From: Nageia nagi
Taxonomy: Eukaryota; Plantae; Pinophyta
Direction: 5' to 3'
Length of the DNA stretch: 64,000 nt
Assembly: GCA_050084985.1 (NCBI GenBank)
Contig: JBITNC010000001.1
Location: 169,384,001-169,448,000 of the forward strand
The notes under the pieces were generated by a model. That model saw nothing but the letters and a program-made list of their open reading frames with translations. It had not been told where the DNA came from and made no database searches. Below, one piece after another: positions 51,272 through 64,000 of the stretch. How positions within the stretch are numbered: the first letter of the stretch is position 1; each line of letters opens with the position of its first letter. A program made the position numbers and the translations under genes.

Positions 51272-52200
51272 GTATGCAACATATTTAGTTAGAGAGAATG
51301 GTGTCATAGATCTTATGTACAACCCCAAGGTGCATGGGGTTTAGGTAGGGTTGTCATGTTTTTGCATCCCCTGTATACTAAGGGTGTAATTAATAGTAAG
51401 ATGTGAGTCTATTTTTCATATTACGTATAACATGAGGCATTTTTTACAGTTTCAGAAACATTTTGGGAACTGAAACTCCTAGGGAATTTCTGGAAATTTA
51501 TCTGCCACGATTTCCCAAAAATAGATACCGACTGAAACATTTCAAGGCGATTTCCCAACTATTCATGCTCAGAATATGCTCTTTTTGGTTTCATAAAATC
51601 TTGGATTTGCTGAATATCATTTCACATATTTTAGAAACACTTTTTCATCATTTCTGGAAAGAAGCAGATCTAGAAACCCTTATTGCAGAAATATAACACT
51701 TCTGAGTTTATGGAAAAAACTAGAGACATGTGTGCAAGTATTTACTATCTAGCATTCTTCTCCTTAACATCCACCTCCTTCATCCAATGTCAGTTATTGA
51801 CAATTGCTTCCGAAAGTTTCTCAATGGTGTCTGCTTTTCTTTCCTTTGTGCTCTATGTATAAACTTTTAATACATATATGCAAATGTTTCAAATTTTTTA
51901 TTGCATGTAAGTTTAGTCGGAATGTTTACTATATTTAACTTTAGAACTTTTATTATATTTAACATATGAACTCCAAAGTTATATCCTGAAAACCTTGACT
52001 TAGACGTTCCTTGGCTGCACTTGATCTTTAGGATGATGATAATTCTCTTCCTGTGCATTTTGCTGAAGCTATAGGGGTTCAGTTATCTTCAAGTTCTTTT
52101 TGAAGATTAAGATCTAAATTTTTTGTGCTGTCGTATTCTAGTTTCTTTTGCGTGATATACAAGGATTTGCCCATAGAGGCCTGATTTTGACAATATATAT

Positions 52201-52446
52201 CATAGTTGTGAAACTCTCCCCGAGTCCCAAGTACTTTCCGAGTCCGAGTTCTGAGTGGGGTTTGTTGATGCAAATCGACTCTGTCTCCCGAGTTGGGTTT
52301 TATATATAAATTTCAATTAAAATATTTTTAAAATGAATTTAAATATACAATTTTTCCGAGTCCAGCTGAGTTTGTCTTATCGAGTCCTGAGTCTGAGACC
52401 CGAGGGGACCTCACTGAGTCCAAGGCAAGTCCGAATTTTACAACTA

Positions 52447-52448
<2 letters not shown>
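52201..52448. mobile_element. hAT-type MITE, 248 bp
   Basis: TIRs CATAGTTGTGAAACT and AATTTTACAACTATG. Internal CCGAGT repeats. ATATATAT on both flanks, compatible with an 8-bp TSD. Confidence 0.88.

Positions 52449-52477
<29 letters not shown>
52449..52477. repeat. (AT)n microsatellite
   Basis: Perfect AT run abutting the MITE. Confidence 0.95.
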
Positions 52478-52493
<16 letters not shown>

Positions 52494-55400
52494 TTTAGCT
52501 ATTTCATTGCAATTTCTATGTTTTTGATGGGGTTGGGACATTGTGTTTCCATTTGAGAAACAGTATGCATATCCAAGTTTTGTTCAACTTTGAATTCTAT
52601 AATCTTCCATATTGCCTTTGAAATATCATATACTCTTGATGTTCTTTCGCCGTAGGTAGTTTTGTGAGAGTTAATTCTTATATTGCTGCTATTTAATGTA
52701 CAAAGGCAAAATGTTTCTTGCGCAAATTGCTAAGAATATTCTCTACATTCTCCTTATCTTTTGTAGGTTTCCCTTCCGTAGTTTTTCAACTGTAGCTTGA
52801 ATTTAATCTATGTTATTCGAGAAACTACTTGTTTCTTCAATTCAAAGTTGAACAAGCTCCTCTAGATCTTGGCAATACTGTAATCACCTGCAAGTGCGTT
52901 TTCATTCTTCAATCTCTTTCAAAGATTCTTCATGTCTTTTTCCTTGTTAACAATGAATTGGACTTGGGTGCCAAGCTTGCTCTTAATATAACAGATGCCA
53001 TCGTTTTTGCTTCTTGATTAACTAGCTTTTGTCTTTCGCCTTCAACATCTCCCACATGTTTTACATGGTTATGTAAAAACAATATGTAAAGAATTCAGCT
53101 TGTTAGGTAAGATGATTGTTTTCATGGAACTTCTCAAAGCCCTTACAAGAATCCATATTTTCTATTGTCTCTGGTGACAATTGGTTATAAACTATTCTAC
53201 CAATGCATAGTGGATAAAAAAAGTACATAATCTGCAAAAACAACTCCAAATGTCTTGTAGATGAAAAGTCACGGTGTTCTGAAGTTCACCTTCAGTTAAT
53301 GAGAATGCGTAAAAACAAGACTTGAAAAGCTTGGAAAACTCTAAATGAAACATTTCACATCTGTATGAGTGAATATGGTTCTGCTATATTTTGCCATGTT
53401 ATCACCTCCAATCAATTGATGAGGTTCTGCTGAATGTCAGTTTCCATTTTAAAATACGAAGTACTAACTGTCAGTTAGTTTCAATGTACCAAGTGGCACT
53501 TGTGGTAACGTTGTGCTGACATGTTAGTACCTGATTGGTCCATTGTCAAAACTTTACTGGATGCCAACAAGCTGCCATTTGACTCCATACATACATGCAT
53601 ACATGTACATACACACATGTAAATGTATGTATGTATGAAGATATATACTTATGTATGTATTTAGCCAACAGCTTCACTGCTCGAAGTCATTTTCACAAAT
53701 TATATACCAGATTAGTGTTGATCAATCTCAAATCTCTTTTCAATTTTCTCCAAATGTCATTTCTTGATCACAAATTCAAGGCACATGGCTTGGTACGGAT
53801 ACATCATATGTTGATGATAAGGACAAGCCAATGATAATTGACACCCTCAGCAAATGACCACCTTGACCAAGCTGCACTCAAAACATAAATTAGGCACTAG
53901 AATACCACTATGGTATCTGTCAAAAATAGGCTTCTTTCTGAACAAGGAACATGTGTTGAAGCAGGATGGGTGAAAGGTTGAGAGATTGTTGATGATGTCA
54001 GCAAAACTACCTTCAGTTGCTTGAATTCATCATGGAAGCACCTAGACTGCTATTGAAATTCGGTAAACCACTGCTTGGCTTTGAATTCCTGACTAAGGGT
54101 GTGCAATGAAGGCTCCTTAATGGTGCACGAAGTGGCCATTGATTTGCACAACTTTTCTACTTCGTCAAGAGGACAAATATTGGTCAGGCTTCCACATAGG
54201 TATCTATCCTCTCCTTTCCAATTCTTAGATTACAATAGCAGGAAGTAGCTTCAGATTCATATTCAAATTTGGCTTCAGATTTATATGCAAATTTCTATAT
54301 CCAAATCTTCGGAAGGGATATTTGATAATATAAGAAATCTTCTAAATCTGTCCTCGAGAATGTGTAATCTTGAAAATATGCAAAAGTGAACCCCTCCTTA
54401 ACTTTGTGCAAGGAATTGAAAAAAATGCAAGTGTCCTGTGATATTCTGCATGAATTCTCATATGCGGTGCACAAATGAGATTCTCTAACATATCTGCTCC
54501 CATTTGATTTCATTTTTAATGTATATATTTTTTTATTTTTGGTTTTTGTGATGTTCTAGACTTCATTTTTTTAGTGCAAAGTGTGATTTCATTAAATGCA
54601 CTTGTGTGTACCTCATGAAAGCCTTGTGTAAGGCTCACATAAGCCCTAAAACCCCGAATTCGGATTCATATTCATTGAAAACAATGTCAAATGCCTGTAA
54701 ATATCTATCAAATCATTCAAAAATGGGTGTTGAAATTTCTAAATATACACAGTGGCATGTTGACAACGTGTTTTGTGAATTTCTGAGGAATTTCTAGGAT
54801 GCTTGGTTTTGGATTGATCAAGACTCTTACAACGTTTGTGGCTTTACTGCTGAATAGTTATCCAAATTTTGATCGGGCCATTCTATTTCAAGAGAAAGAA
54901 TAGTTATCCACTTCAATTAAGTCAGGTAATTTGAAGAGATGAACAAACCGACTATTATTTTATGGTAGGAAGTTTTGTTAGTATAGCTTGTTTTTTAATC
55001 TCTTTCTCTTACATATATTCTTTTTTTGTAAAATTGCATAAGAGAATCAAAATCTTGAAACCATAGTATTGAGACTTAGATTTGGCTCAGTATAGTAGGC
55101 CTATTTTGCACTTGGATTTAGTGAAATTTTGAGAAGGCTTGGCATACCACACAAAGCTACAGCTTGAAGAAAAAATAAATGTTATTTTTGTACATTTCTC
55201 AACAAATTAACATCCATGACACACAAAACTAACCAAATTAGTAATATAAATGATAACCAAAAAGCCTATAAGAAATGTGTGGAATCTGCTGTTTTTAATA
55301 CTTTTTGTTCTTTAGTTTTTCCCTTTGGACTATGATGAGCTTGCTGACTCCCAAGTCAAATTTTCCAAGAGTGTATGATTCAAAAAAGACTTGAGTCTAG

Positions 55401-56083
55401 GGCAAAGCTCCACAAATTGGCTGGGACTTTGGAGGTTGTTTCCAAGACTTGTAGAGTGTCAATATATGGTTCAAACAGACAAATATTAAGTTTTATTGAT
55501 TTTCTTGTATCCATTGAGTTTTTTTTATTTGATACGATAGATATTGGTGCTAGTAAAATAACTATGCTACTAAAATAACCATTGCAGTTCTGACAATCTA
55601 TGATGATTATTCCTCATGTTTATTTAAGTAGGAGAGGAATGAAATTGAATATAATAATCTTGAGTTAGACTTGTTATGGGGACACTATTCAATCTTGCGT
55701 TTATCTCCACCCAAAGAAGAGTATAGGTTTACACATTTTGATTTGTTGATTGTTTTTGCAGATTCAGAATGAAGACTTATAGGTGTGACATACAAAATAT
55801 ATAGTTGCTAGCTTGCAAAGAATGACTCGCCTAACGCTTTTGTTTAAGGAACAATGGCGAAAGAATTAGAATGCTAATTTTCTTTAAGTATACGATTTTA
55901 GGGCTTTGATTTGTGTTAAATATTCTGTAAGAAAATAATTTCAACATAAATCTGTACTTTTGTTTTGTACAGTAAAATTACCAATTCATGCTATAGATCT
56001 TTATCAGTGTTGTTTTTCATATTTCTTAGCCTTATCATAAATTTATTTCCAAAAACACAACACAAGACTTCCCTACATTGCAG

Positions 56084-56158
56084 GACATTGAGGTAGGAAA
56101 AGCAGTGCGTCCACAGTTAGCATCAAGAGTGCCAGATGTAGAGACTGCATGGAAAAAG
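56084..56158 (+). CDS. LIG4: DNA ligase IV, exon 5
   Basis: tgcag|DIEVGKAVRPQLASRVPDVETAWKK|gtactt. 75 nt. Confidence 0.95.
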
Positions 56159-56422
56159 GTACTTTTCCTTTTTGGGGACATGTATGCAAATCACACTTAT
56201 TAACCATATCTTTTTATTGTGATTATTCTTTGGCATATGCTATATTGTTTATATTACTATATCAGATGACCAATGTGAATAAACATTAAGAAACTGTCTT
56301 GGAACAATTATTTCATATGAAAGTTAAAAGCTAATTCTGCTGCATAACTTGATGAATACAACCGCCTTATTTTGTTGCTGTTATTGAATAGTTAGAACTA
56401 AGTGCTTGATACACTTATCCAG

Positions 56423-56514
56423 ATGCATGGAAAACGAGTGCTGGTTGAGTGCAAATTTGATGGTGACCGCATTCAAGTGCATAAGAATGGAAGTGAATTG
56501 CACTTCTTTTCAAG
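56423..56514 (+). CDS. LIG4: DNA ligase IV, exon 6 (adenylation motif I, catalytic Lys); gene continues downstream
   Basis: ccag|MHGKRVLVECKFDGDRIQVHKNGSELHFFS(R)|gtttta. KxDGxR ligase motif I is intact. Confidence 0.96.
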
Positions 56515-57619
56515 GTTTTATCTCATATCTTGTTCTTATCCATTTTCATTTGCAAGAGTGGTATTTCTACACAGAAAGGGTCAATTACAAAATAGCAGAT
56601 CTGCATATAAATTTGGGAAAGCAGGAGATAAAATAAACTGAGTCTTAAAGAGTCAGAGGGAGACCTAGCTAGGTAGCTGCAAACAAAGTAAACCTCAGTT
56701 AAAGTTTGTACTGCCTTTTTTCCCTTGCTTCCATCGATGCCAACAGCTCTTCTACATGTAGTTATTGCTGTCCAGGTCTGGGCAATCTGAGCCCTGTTGC
56801 CATATGCATGATATTAACCATGCTTGGACATGCCATGGGAACCATCTATGAAAGAGTGGTCTGTCTTTTGTTCATGTTTTTCCTTTCTAGTCAGCAAAAT
56901 TGTTCACAAATTTTGCACATCACCTTTTCTGTGGTTTAGGGGCAGCGTTTATTGATAGGATTGTCCATTATTTGTGGTTTCCCACCCGACATGCATTTCT
57001 CGACACTCTCAGATACTCTTCGGCCTCTCTTTATTTTTCCACTTTGAGCTTTTATAGTTTATAGCATTTTTGTCAGTCCCTAGGGTCTTTGACCCTAATG
57101 CTTTCTTTTTTTGCTGGATTGTACTGTTGAGTCCCATTTACCCATTTTTGGTCACCCGTGGTTATTAATATATATTTCTATTTCTATTTTCTGTGAGAGG
57201 CTGTTCCATCAATGCTTTGCATGGCCTCCTCCTTGCATTCTGGAGTTCATCCTGCACAATCCTTGTTATTTAAGCATAACATGCTGGGTAACATGATCTT
57301 CCAGTAGCTTGTATCTCCATTTCTGCCTGAGTTTATTGTCCTTGAATAGGGAACCTTTGTGATGAGCTTGAGAATTCTGAGGAACTTTTTGGTCACTTAT
57401 TGTTTATCGATTTTTCTCCTTGGTCTGCAATGAGTTTTTTTTTCTTCTACAACTTTCTCTCTTCATGTAGGATCAGTCCATTTCTATTTCTTGCATTGTG
57501 TATCTTAGTTTTCTTGGCAGGGAACTTAAGGTTACACTTTCTCTTAGGTGATTCATTTTCAGGATTCATGTATTATCAGCTCATGGAGAGGATAGGGTAG
57601 ACCATCCATGCTTGGACCT

Positions 57620-58500
57620 TGGTGTCTTTGTTGCTACTAACTGCTTGTTTGATTATGCCATTGGCAAGAGCATCTGCCACTTTGTGGGATGTCTTTTCTA
57701 CTTTTTGGAAGGGAATACTCAGAGAGCTTTATTTTGTTCTCATCATCTCATCATGCTGCTGCTTTGATTTTAATTTTTAAAAATATTATTGCTGAAGCCC
57801 TCAAAGATTATTATGAGTCTCCCTTTGTATGTAGTTTAGGAATTTTTAGTTTTTTTTTGCTTCTTTGAAGCCTATTATAAGAGCCGGTATTTCATCAACA
57901 TTGTTTCTCTTATTGTAAAATTTTTATCTGCCACTAGATTACAGTGCCCAAACTTCTTGAAAATTGCACTTCATCCCCTAGGTCTGGATTATTATCAGCC
58001 TCTCCATCAAAGTTCAGTTTCCATAACATATGTCAATGACATGCTCTATTGAGGCTAAGTTTTTTTTTTATATTTGCTTGTATTAAAACGGAAGTGACTG
58101 CATGCAGTTTCTGTAGTTTAAAGGAGGGAGTTGATAATGCTTCATTTGATTTTTGATCTTGAGTTTTGCCCTTAAGGTATTTGTTCTCTCTCCTAACAAT
58201 CCAAGGGATGAGGGTTCTTAGTAGTTTCTATATTCTTTTGAACAATATCTTGTGATCTTCCATGCTAAGGCAGGCCAAGATAACATCTGGGATAGCCTAT
58301 TGCATCTGGCATAGTCTAATTGCATCGTACCTAACTTTGTTGGCGTATTTGCATCTGAGCAGGATGTGTTGAATATTTTCTTCATTTTTATTGCACAAAA
58401 GACATTTTGAAGGGCTGACAGAAACTCTCTTTTGGATGGCTAGCCATGTGAAAATGTTTTCCTTCAGCCAGCCATACGATTTCCAGATTTCATGAATGAT
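57620..58500 (-). mobile_element. L1-type LINE 3' remnant (zf-RVT and RNase H-like)
   Basis: FTWLAIQKR..CLLCNKNEENIQHILLRCKYA; WKLNFDG..NP at ~57980-58025; VADALAN at ~57660-57680. Confidence 0.75.
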
Positions 58501-59281
58501 GAGGTGTAGACACAAAATAAAGAACAATGTGTCAAGAGAAATACAATCACCTATGTCTACTATGGAAAATAGATTAATGACTAGATTGCAATATAGATAG
58601 CAATTATGATTGTCAAATTGACAATAGGATATAGAGAGAACTTATCTACATTGTGAGGTGTTGTTAGCTTGCTGATAGAAAACTTTTGTTTTTAGATGTT
58701 AACCACCCTAGTTGTGGCCAATCTTTATGATTCTGAAGATGATCTTGCTGAAAATTGATATGTAGATGATTTAAAATAAACAAGTTCAATCGCAAAGGTT
58801 GCTGAGGCTCGAGATTATAATGTTGGTGTTTTAGGTTTGAGGTGCAAGAGCATTGGGCATTTTGGGTATGGGTGCTAAAATGCGAGTGTGCTAGTCTAAA
58901 TGTCATTTCAACCTACACTTTGCTTCTTTTTCCACATTGATAATCAGGATGACGTCATTGTGATGATAGGAGATGAAACTTGCGAAAATAATATTGCTTG
59001 TGATTCTTCTATTTTTGTCTTTTCTCCATCATATTGAGTTCTTTATATGGGATTTGCAAATTTAATTTTTATTTCACCTAGGTGTAGTTGCCTTGGAATA
59101 ATGTGTAAAAAGACAATGATAAAATAGAGGAAATGAGTTCAATTATTTAAAAATAAACTCAATTGGGTTCAAAATTGACACTTTAACTAAATCAAATAAA
59201 GTAATTAAACAAATACATTTGAAATAGACAAAATGCAAATTTAAGTGTCTTCTGAAAAACATGAAATGATCAAACCTGTCA

Positions 59282-61573
59282 TGTTATGGCTGGAGACCTA
59301 TCCTTGGCCCAAAAGTTGAGAAGGACATGTGAAAGCTTGGATGAGCACATTCTTTTCAAGTGATGCAAATGGTATTAATTGACCTTTTGCTTTGGGCTTC
59401 TTATGAAGGCCTTTGCTGAAATATGTGTGAGATATGTTAATACTGTAGTGCTCAATTGTATTGTCACAAATGTATTTATACAAACATTTTACAACCAACT
59501 TGGTGTTTTTTATCCTCAACTAACAATTCACAAGATACTTAACAACCATGTAAAGCATTACATCCATGATGTCATACTATTCCTAGCATCCCCCCTAATT
59601 ACATCAATCTCTACATGGGGATAATGTACTAATAACTACTTGATGAACACATACAATAGTTCATCAAAACATAAGGTATGAATAGGGATACACACATCTG
59701 CTCATGACAAAAAAATATGGAGCTCGCCTCACTACGCTTCTCAATTTGATCATGGACAGGGACACGCTCAACCATCCATGAGTCACTTTTGCAACTGTAT
59801 AGGGACATACACATGGAGCCAAGGATAGGGACAAACACATGGAGCCAAGGATAGGGACAAACACTTCCATCCTAGGTCATACAACAAATGTGATAGGGAT
59901 AAACACATCCATCCAACATCAAAATTATGAACAGGGATACATACATCTGTTCACAATCATTATGATAGGGGACACACATCCAATCATAATCACCATCTAC
60001 CATGATTAGGGACAAACACATCCAATCACATCCATCATCTTGTCAATGGGAATAAACACAACCATTCACATTAAGTGGACAATGGGACTTCTTTTAGCCA
60101 TACAAATCCTTGAGCTTGCCTCTTTGACCAAGAGCATCCTTATGGTAACCTTATCATTTTGCTAGATTGCATGGATCACCAGTTGCTGCAATTGCTAGGT
60201 GTAGTAGATTAGATCACTACTTACAAGGTTTGCTTTTTGGGTTCCAGGTCAAGTCTTCATTTCTTCTGGTCACCTATGACAACTCGAGGCATCCTCAAAA
60301 TTTCATACACATTTTGTAAGGAAAGAATATATTCTCCTCCCCTTGATGTGAACTTCTTTTGAGGAGTGTTGGGTATCATCAACCATGCACTCCAATTTTT
60401 TTTTTTTAAATAGTAAATTACATTTACTATTTATATTTTCTTTTATTTTCCTCAATACTTATTATAAAAACAAACTCAATAAACCACACTAACTATGTAC
60501 AACATAAATACCTAAAAATGTTTGATTCTCTTTCTATTCTAAATAAACTTAGTTATCTCTAATTTGCTATATGCTGTTATTGAACTGTATTTACTTCACT
60601 TCCGCTAGAAACATACGTGCCATGCTGAAAAGAGTTCGCCGCGACCTACCATCATATGTATTGTGTGTAGATCAAGTTGTCCGTTTACTAGTGTTGCATT
60701 CTCATAAGGATACTTGTCCAATCATTGATTATGTTTGACATCTACTTTGAAGGCTCTACCATTTCGTTGACAAGGATGTCAACTAATCCTTGCCCAATGG
60801 TGTTGCCAACCTATGCGATCTGCCAACACATTCACCTTGTGGATTCTTTTCTCCCACCATTTGCATTATGGGCTTCTGTGGTCATGACCATGGATTTGAT
60901 GGCGCTGGAGAATCTGCCTCCGTTGAAGTAGTTCCAATTCCTTTTTTGGTCGTCTGCTATGATGTCAACTCAGAGTTCGCCATACCTTATCAACATGGAG
61001 TCCGCCTATCATCATCTTAAAGTCTGCTAGCTTGTATACGTTTGTCGATAAAACTTGTGGGCTTTACTTGCTCTGTCTTTTGTTGAACTATGCACATGCT
61101 GCCAATTTCATACTCTGCACAGTCTTCCTTCATTTGTGGGCCCTTGACTCATCCTCAACCTAACAATCTGCACTCTCCTAATCGTGATTTGCTAGTCTTT
61201 CAACATCTGCCAACTGAGATTAACATCTCTATTGTTGGAAGGCTTACCACTCATTGTCCGTTTTCCTACACGCACTATTCTACTATACTTTAATCATACC
61301 TATCTATTTATATATCTACATATTGTTACAATAGAGAAATAGAATTGGATTTCTACAAAACTGAATGGGAGGACAACCTCACGGACCCATTGTTTTTCCT
61401 GGTACCTTGTGAGGTTTCTTAATACTACAGTGCTCAATCATATTATCACAAATGAATTTATACAAACATTCTACAACCAACTTGGTTGTCTTTATTCCAA
61501 CTAACAATTCACAAGATACTCAACAACAACCACCTAAAAGCATTACACCCATGACGTAATATTATTCCTAACA
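59282..61573 (-). mobile_element. Non-autonomous or deleted copia-like LTR element
   Basis: ~145-bp direct repeats end at 59588 and 61573. PPT complement TCCCCCCTAATT follows the first. GGGA(C/T)A(C/A)ACACAT repeats lie at 59680-60060. The left boundary is uncertain. Confidence 0.6.
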
Positions 61574-61739
61574 ATATTGAGTTCAAAGCAAAATGTTTGA
61601 AACCTTCAAAACAAAGATAATTGCAAGACCTTGGTTGCTTGTCTTGGATGGCCACAGGGGACATGATAATTCTTGTTAGTGATGAAGCACCTGCTGTCCT
61701 CCACCCCTTTTGTTAGTACATTGCAGTATAAATATGGAT

Positions 61740-61990
61740 AAAACTTGATAATCTTGTAGTGATAATTTAGAAAATGATATATCAGGAATGGTTATTGTAG
61801 AAATTAAAAATTCAGAACATGATAATTGTAGAAATGATAATTTCAGGATAATTGCAGATATGATACTTGCAGGAACATGATAATTATGGAAATGGTAATT
61901 TCAGAATATGACAATTGCAAAAATGATAAGTTCAAAACATGATGATTACATAAATGATAATTCCAGTAATGATATACATATTTATGATAG
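61740..61990. repeat. Degenerate ATGATAATT short-unit repeat region, probably hAT subterminal
   Basis: More than 12 copies of ATGATAATT variants. Confidence 0.7.
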
Positions 61991-62059
61991 ATTCCTAACT
62001 TTTTTAAGATTTTTTTGAAACTTGCAATAGAAAAAGCACTTGTGTCCATAATGTTTGGC

Positions 62060-63200
62060 GTTTTGAGATGCTTGGTCCCAAAATAGACACATTTTGAAAG
62101 TCCTCCTTATCATAGTGCTCCATCAAGCTCATGACTAGTAATGGTTGTAGATGGGCTTGATAAATTTTCTAGCATTGACTACCACTTGCTGCACCCAAGT
62201 CTCCTAATGTCCTCAAGTATTAGGTCAAGATGATGGGCTGAGTAAGGAGACTTGAAAATAGTAGGAAACCTGTCCTTGAGAAATTTCTTTGCTGCCATAG
62301 ATGATGTCACCTTGTGTATGACAGCTTGGACTACATTTTGTAACACCATCTCCACCATTACCTCTAACAACGTAAACACCATCAATGTAGTTTTTATCTT
62401 GTTGGAGGCATCCATTGACTTATAAATATGAGTTGCCTAGGTGAAGCAACCAAAAAATTGATTAATGTTTGACGTCTTCCATTGGACCATCCATTGAACA
62501 TTATTCCACAATGCTTCCTTATCTATACTTTTCTCTTTGACAAAAAGATGAACATCTATGCACCTAAGAAGAAGTGGGCCTTGATGAGATATGTTGGGGG
62601 TTGACTGCATACATGATCAATGCATCGATAATAGCTTGGTAGTATGGTGAACTTGCAATATTGAAAGGAATGCTGGAGAAAAAACTACAAGTTCCCCCTC
62701 AACTTCCTTTCTGTTGCATGTTTTTCCTTGTTCCAATCAATTGCCTTCAAAGATGGTTGGCTACCTGGATTGTTACAAAGTATAAAAAATGGGGTGGTAG
62801 TAAATGGTGAGATAGAATTCGCTCCAAGGGAATTGTAGAAAAACCTAGGCCCAATGTTGCTTTGATTGAAGCCAGGTTTAAGAGGTGGAGTGGGTGCATG
62901 AATATCACCCTTTTCTGCCTTGGCTTTATGCTTTACTCGTCATAGAAGATCTGGATGTGGGCATTCATCTTTCGGGCTACCTTTTGTTCCATAGTGGACA
63001 CCTCGACATCCCTACTTTGAGCATTCCACCCTACTCCTTAACATGCTTCCATTTGGTGTCTCTTTTCTTGGTGTCATTGTCTCCTAAATTTTCCATAGTT
63101 GACAAGCACAAACAAATTAAAATGAATCATAGAAGGAAAAAAATCAGCCCTATATTTTTTTTTACTTGGATGGTGGAAGTTCCTAACACTATGAAACATG
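62060..63200 (-). mobile_element. hAT transposase pseudogene (DUF659-type)
   Basis: IPFNIASSPYYQAIIDA; CGIMFNGWSNGRRQTLINFLVAS; MDASNKIK..PTIFKSPYSAHHLDLILEDI. Confidence 0.85.
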
Positions 63201-64000
63201 CTTCTCATTGTGTAACTTGAGCCGCAAGGGTTTCAGAACATGTATTTGGTGTCTTCATTGGATTAGGGTTTGTTCTCTTTTAGTTCACTTATTCTGCACT
63301 TGAAATGGGCAGGAAAAAATTGATGATTAGGGCCTTTTGACAATGTAATCCAAGTAAACAATGCAGGATCCGTGAGTCAAATATTTGTCTGTGTGAATAA
63401 TCATCAAATAATTGATAGAAGTTGCATATTTGAAACCTTTAGGGTTTTCTTGAGGGGTCATTGGAAAAGTACTTCCTCTTCACCACGTTCTATATATGAT
63501 GGATGGGTCAGTGTGTGGTCAAGCAAAGCAGTCAAGCAGCATATGCATTCCTCTCCCTTGAAGCCAAGCGGATTGTCTTTTCAGGTGTGCTAGGGTTACC
63601 ATTTGTGGGGCATATCAATTGGAAAACTCAACAAAATATTGGTTTGGAAAGGTAGAGTTGGTTTCGCAAAGAATCTATCTATATGTTTGGGTCACCAGCC
63701 AGTTTGTGTTCTATTAAGATCCCAAGTAATATATAATTTTGCTAAATGTTTCAGGGATTATACATTTTGCTCATTGCTGCCAAGAATTGGCTGCCTAAAC
63801 TGATTCTTGGTTGAATTTCTAATTATGGAGTAAGTGGGGTTTTCAGTCTTATTAAGTATTGTAAACTACTTCAAGAAATAGGGTATTTACATTGAAGAAA
63901 GCATCACCATTTTTGTGTGAAAAACAGATTCATTTGCTATACCAATAGTGCATAAAAAACTGAAGAATGCCTATTTTTCAATTAGTCTTGGAGTGTATGG

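Noticed and set aside
53755-53790. SFLDH peptide resembling the expected start of LIG4 exon 7
   Set aside because: It lies upstream of exons 5-6, lacks a fitting acceptor, and the similarity stops there. I found no exon 7 in 56515-64000.
52600-54800. Coding-like segment in intron 4, possibly an old DNA transposon or captured gene
   Set aside because: Frames are broken and no family is recognisable; it needs BLASTx.

Overview
AT-rich, repeat-dense plant nuclear DNA. The giant introns and the transposon repertoire look gymnosperm-like (inference). The only host gene I can support is the 5' half of DNA ligase IV (LIG4, + strand): six GT-AG exons (9488-56514) splice in frame, with introns of 27.2, 13.7, 0.2, 4.8 and 0.26 kb. 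The rest of the gene probably lies beyond the window. Intron 1 can be taken apart, using target-site duplications (TSDs) and restored reading frames, into a nest. The outer layer is an old Penelope-like retroelement (PLE) with no visible endonuclease, an inverted second arm and decayed hammerhead-ribozyme motifs. Inserted into it are a solo LTR and a Tat-like Ty3/gypsy element. That element holds a second, related element, which holds a copia-type solo LTR. The most unusual observation is that both Tat-like elements appear to have ~6-6.6 kb LTRs that contain, in order, an array of ~45-bp palindromes, a TATA box and a decayed ~1100-1200 codon ORF. The two ORFs are homologous but the palindrome cores differ between the elements. 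The remainder is decayed copia, chromovirus, LINE and hAT sequence, a MITE and tandem repeats. All coordinates and similarities were read by eye; no alignments or database searches were run.
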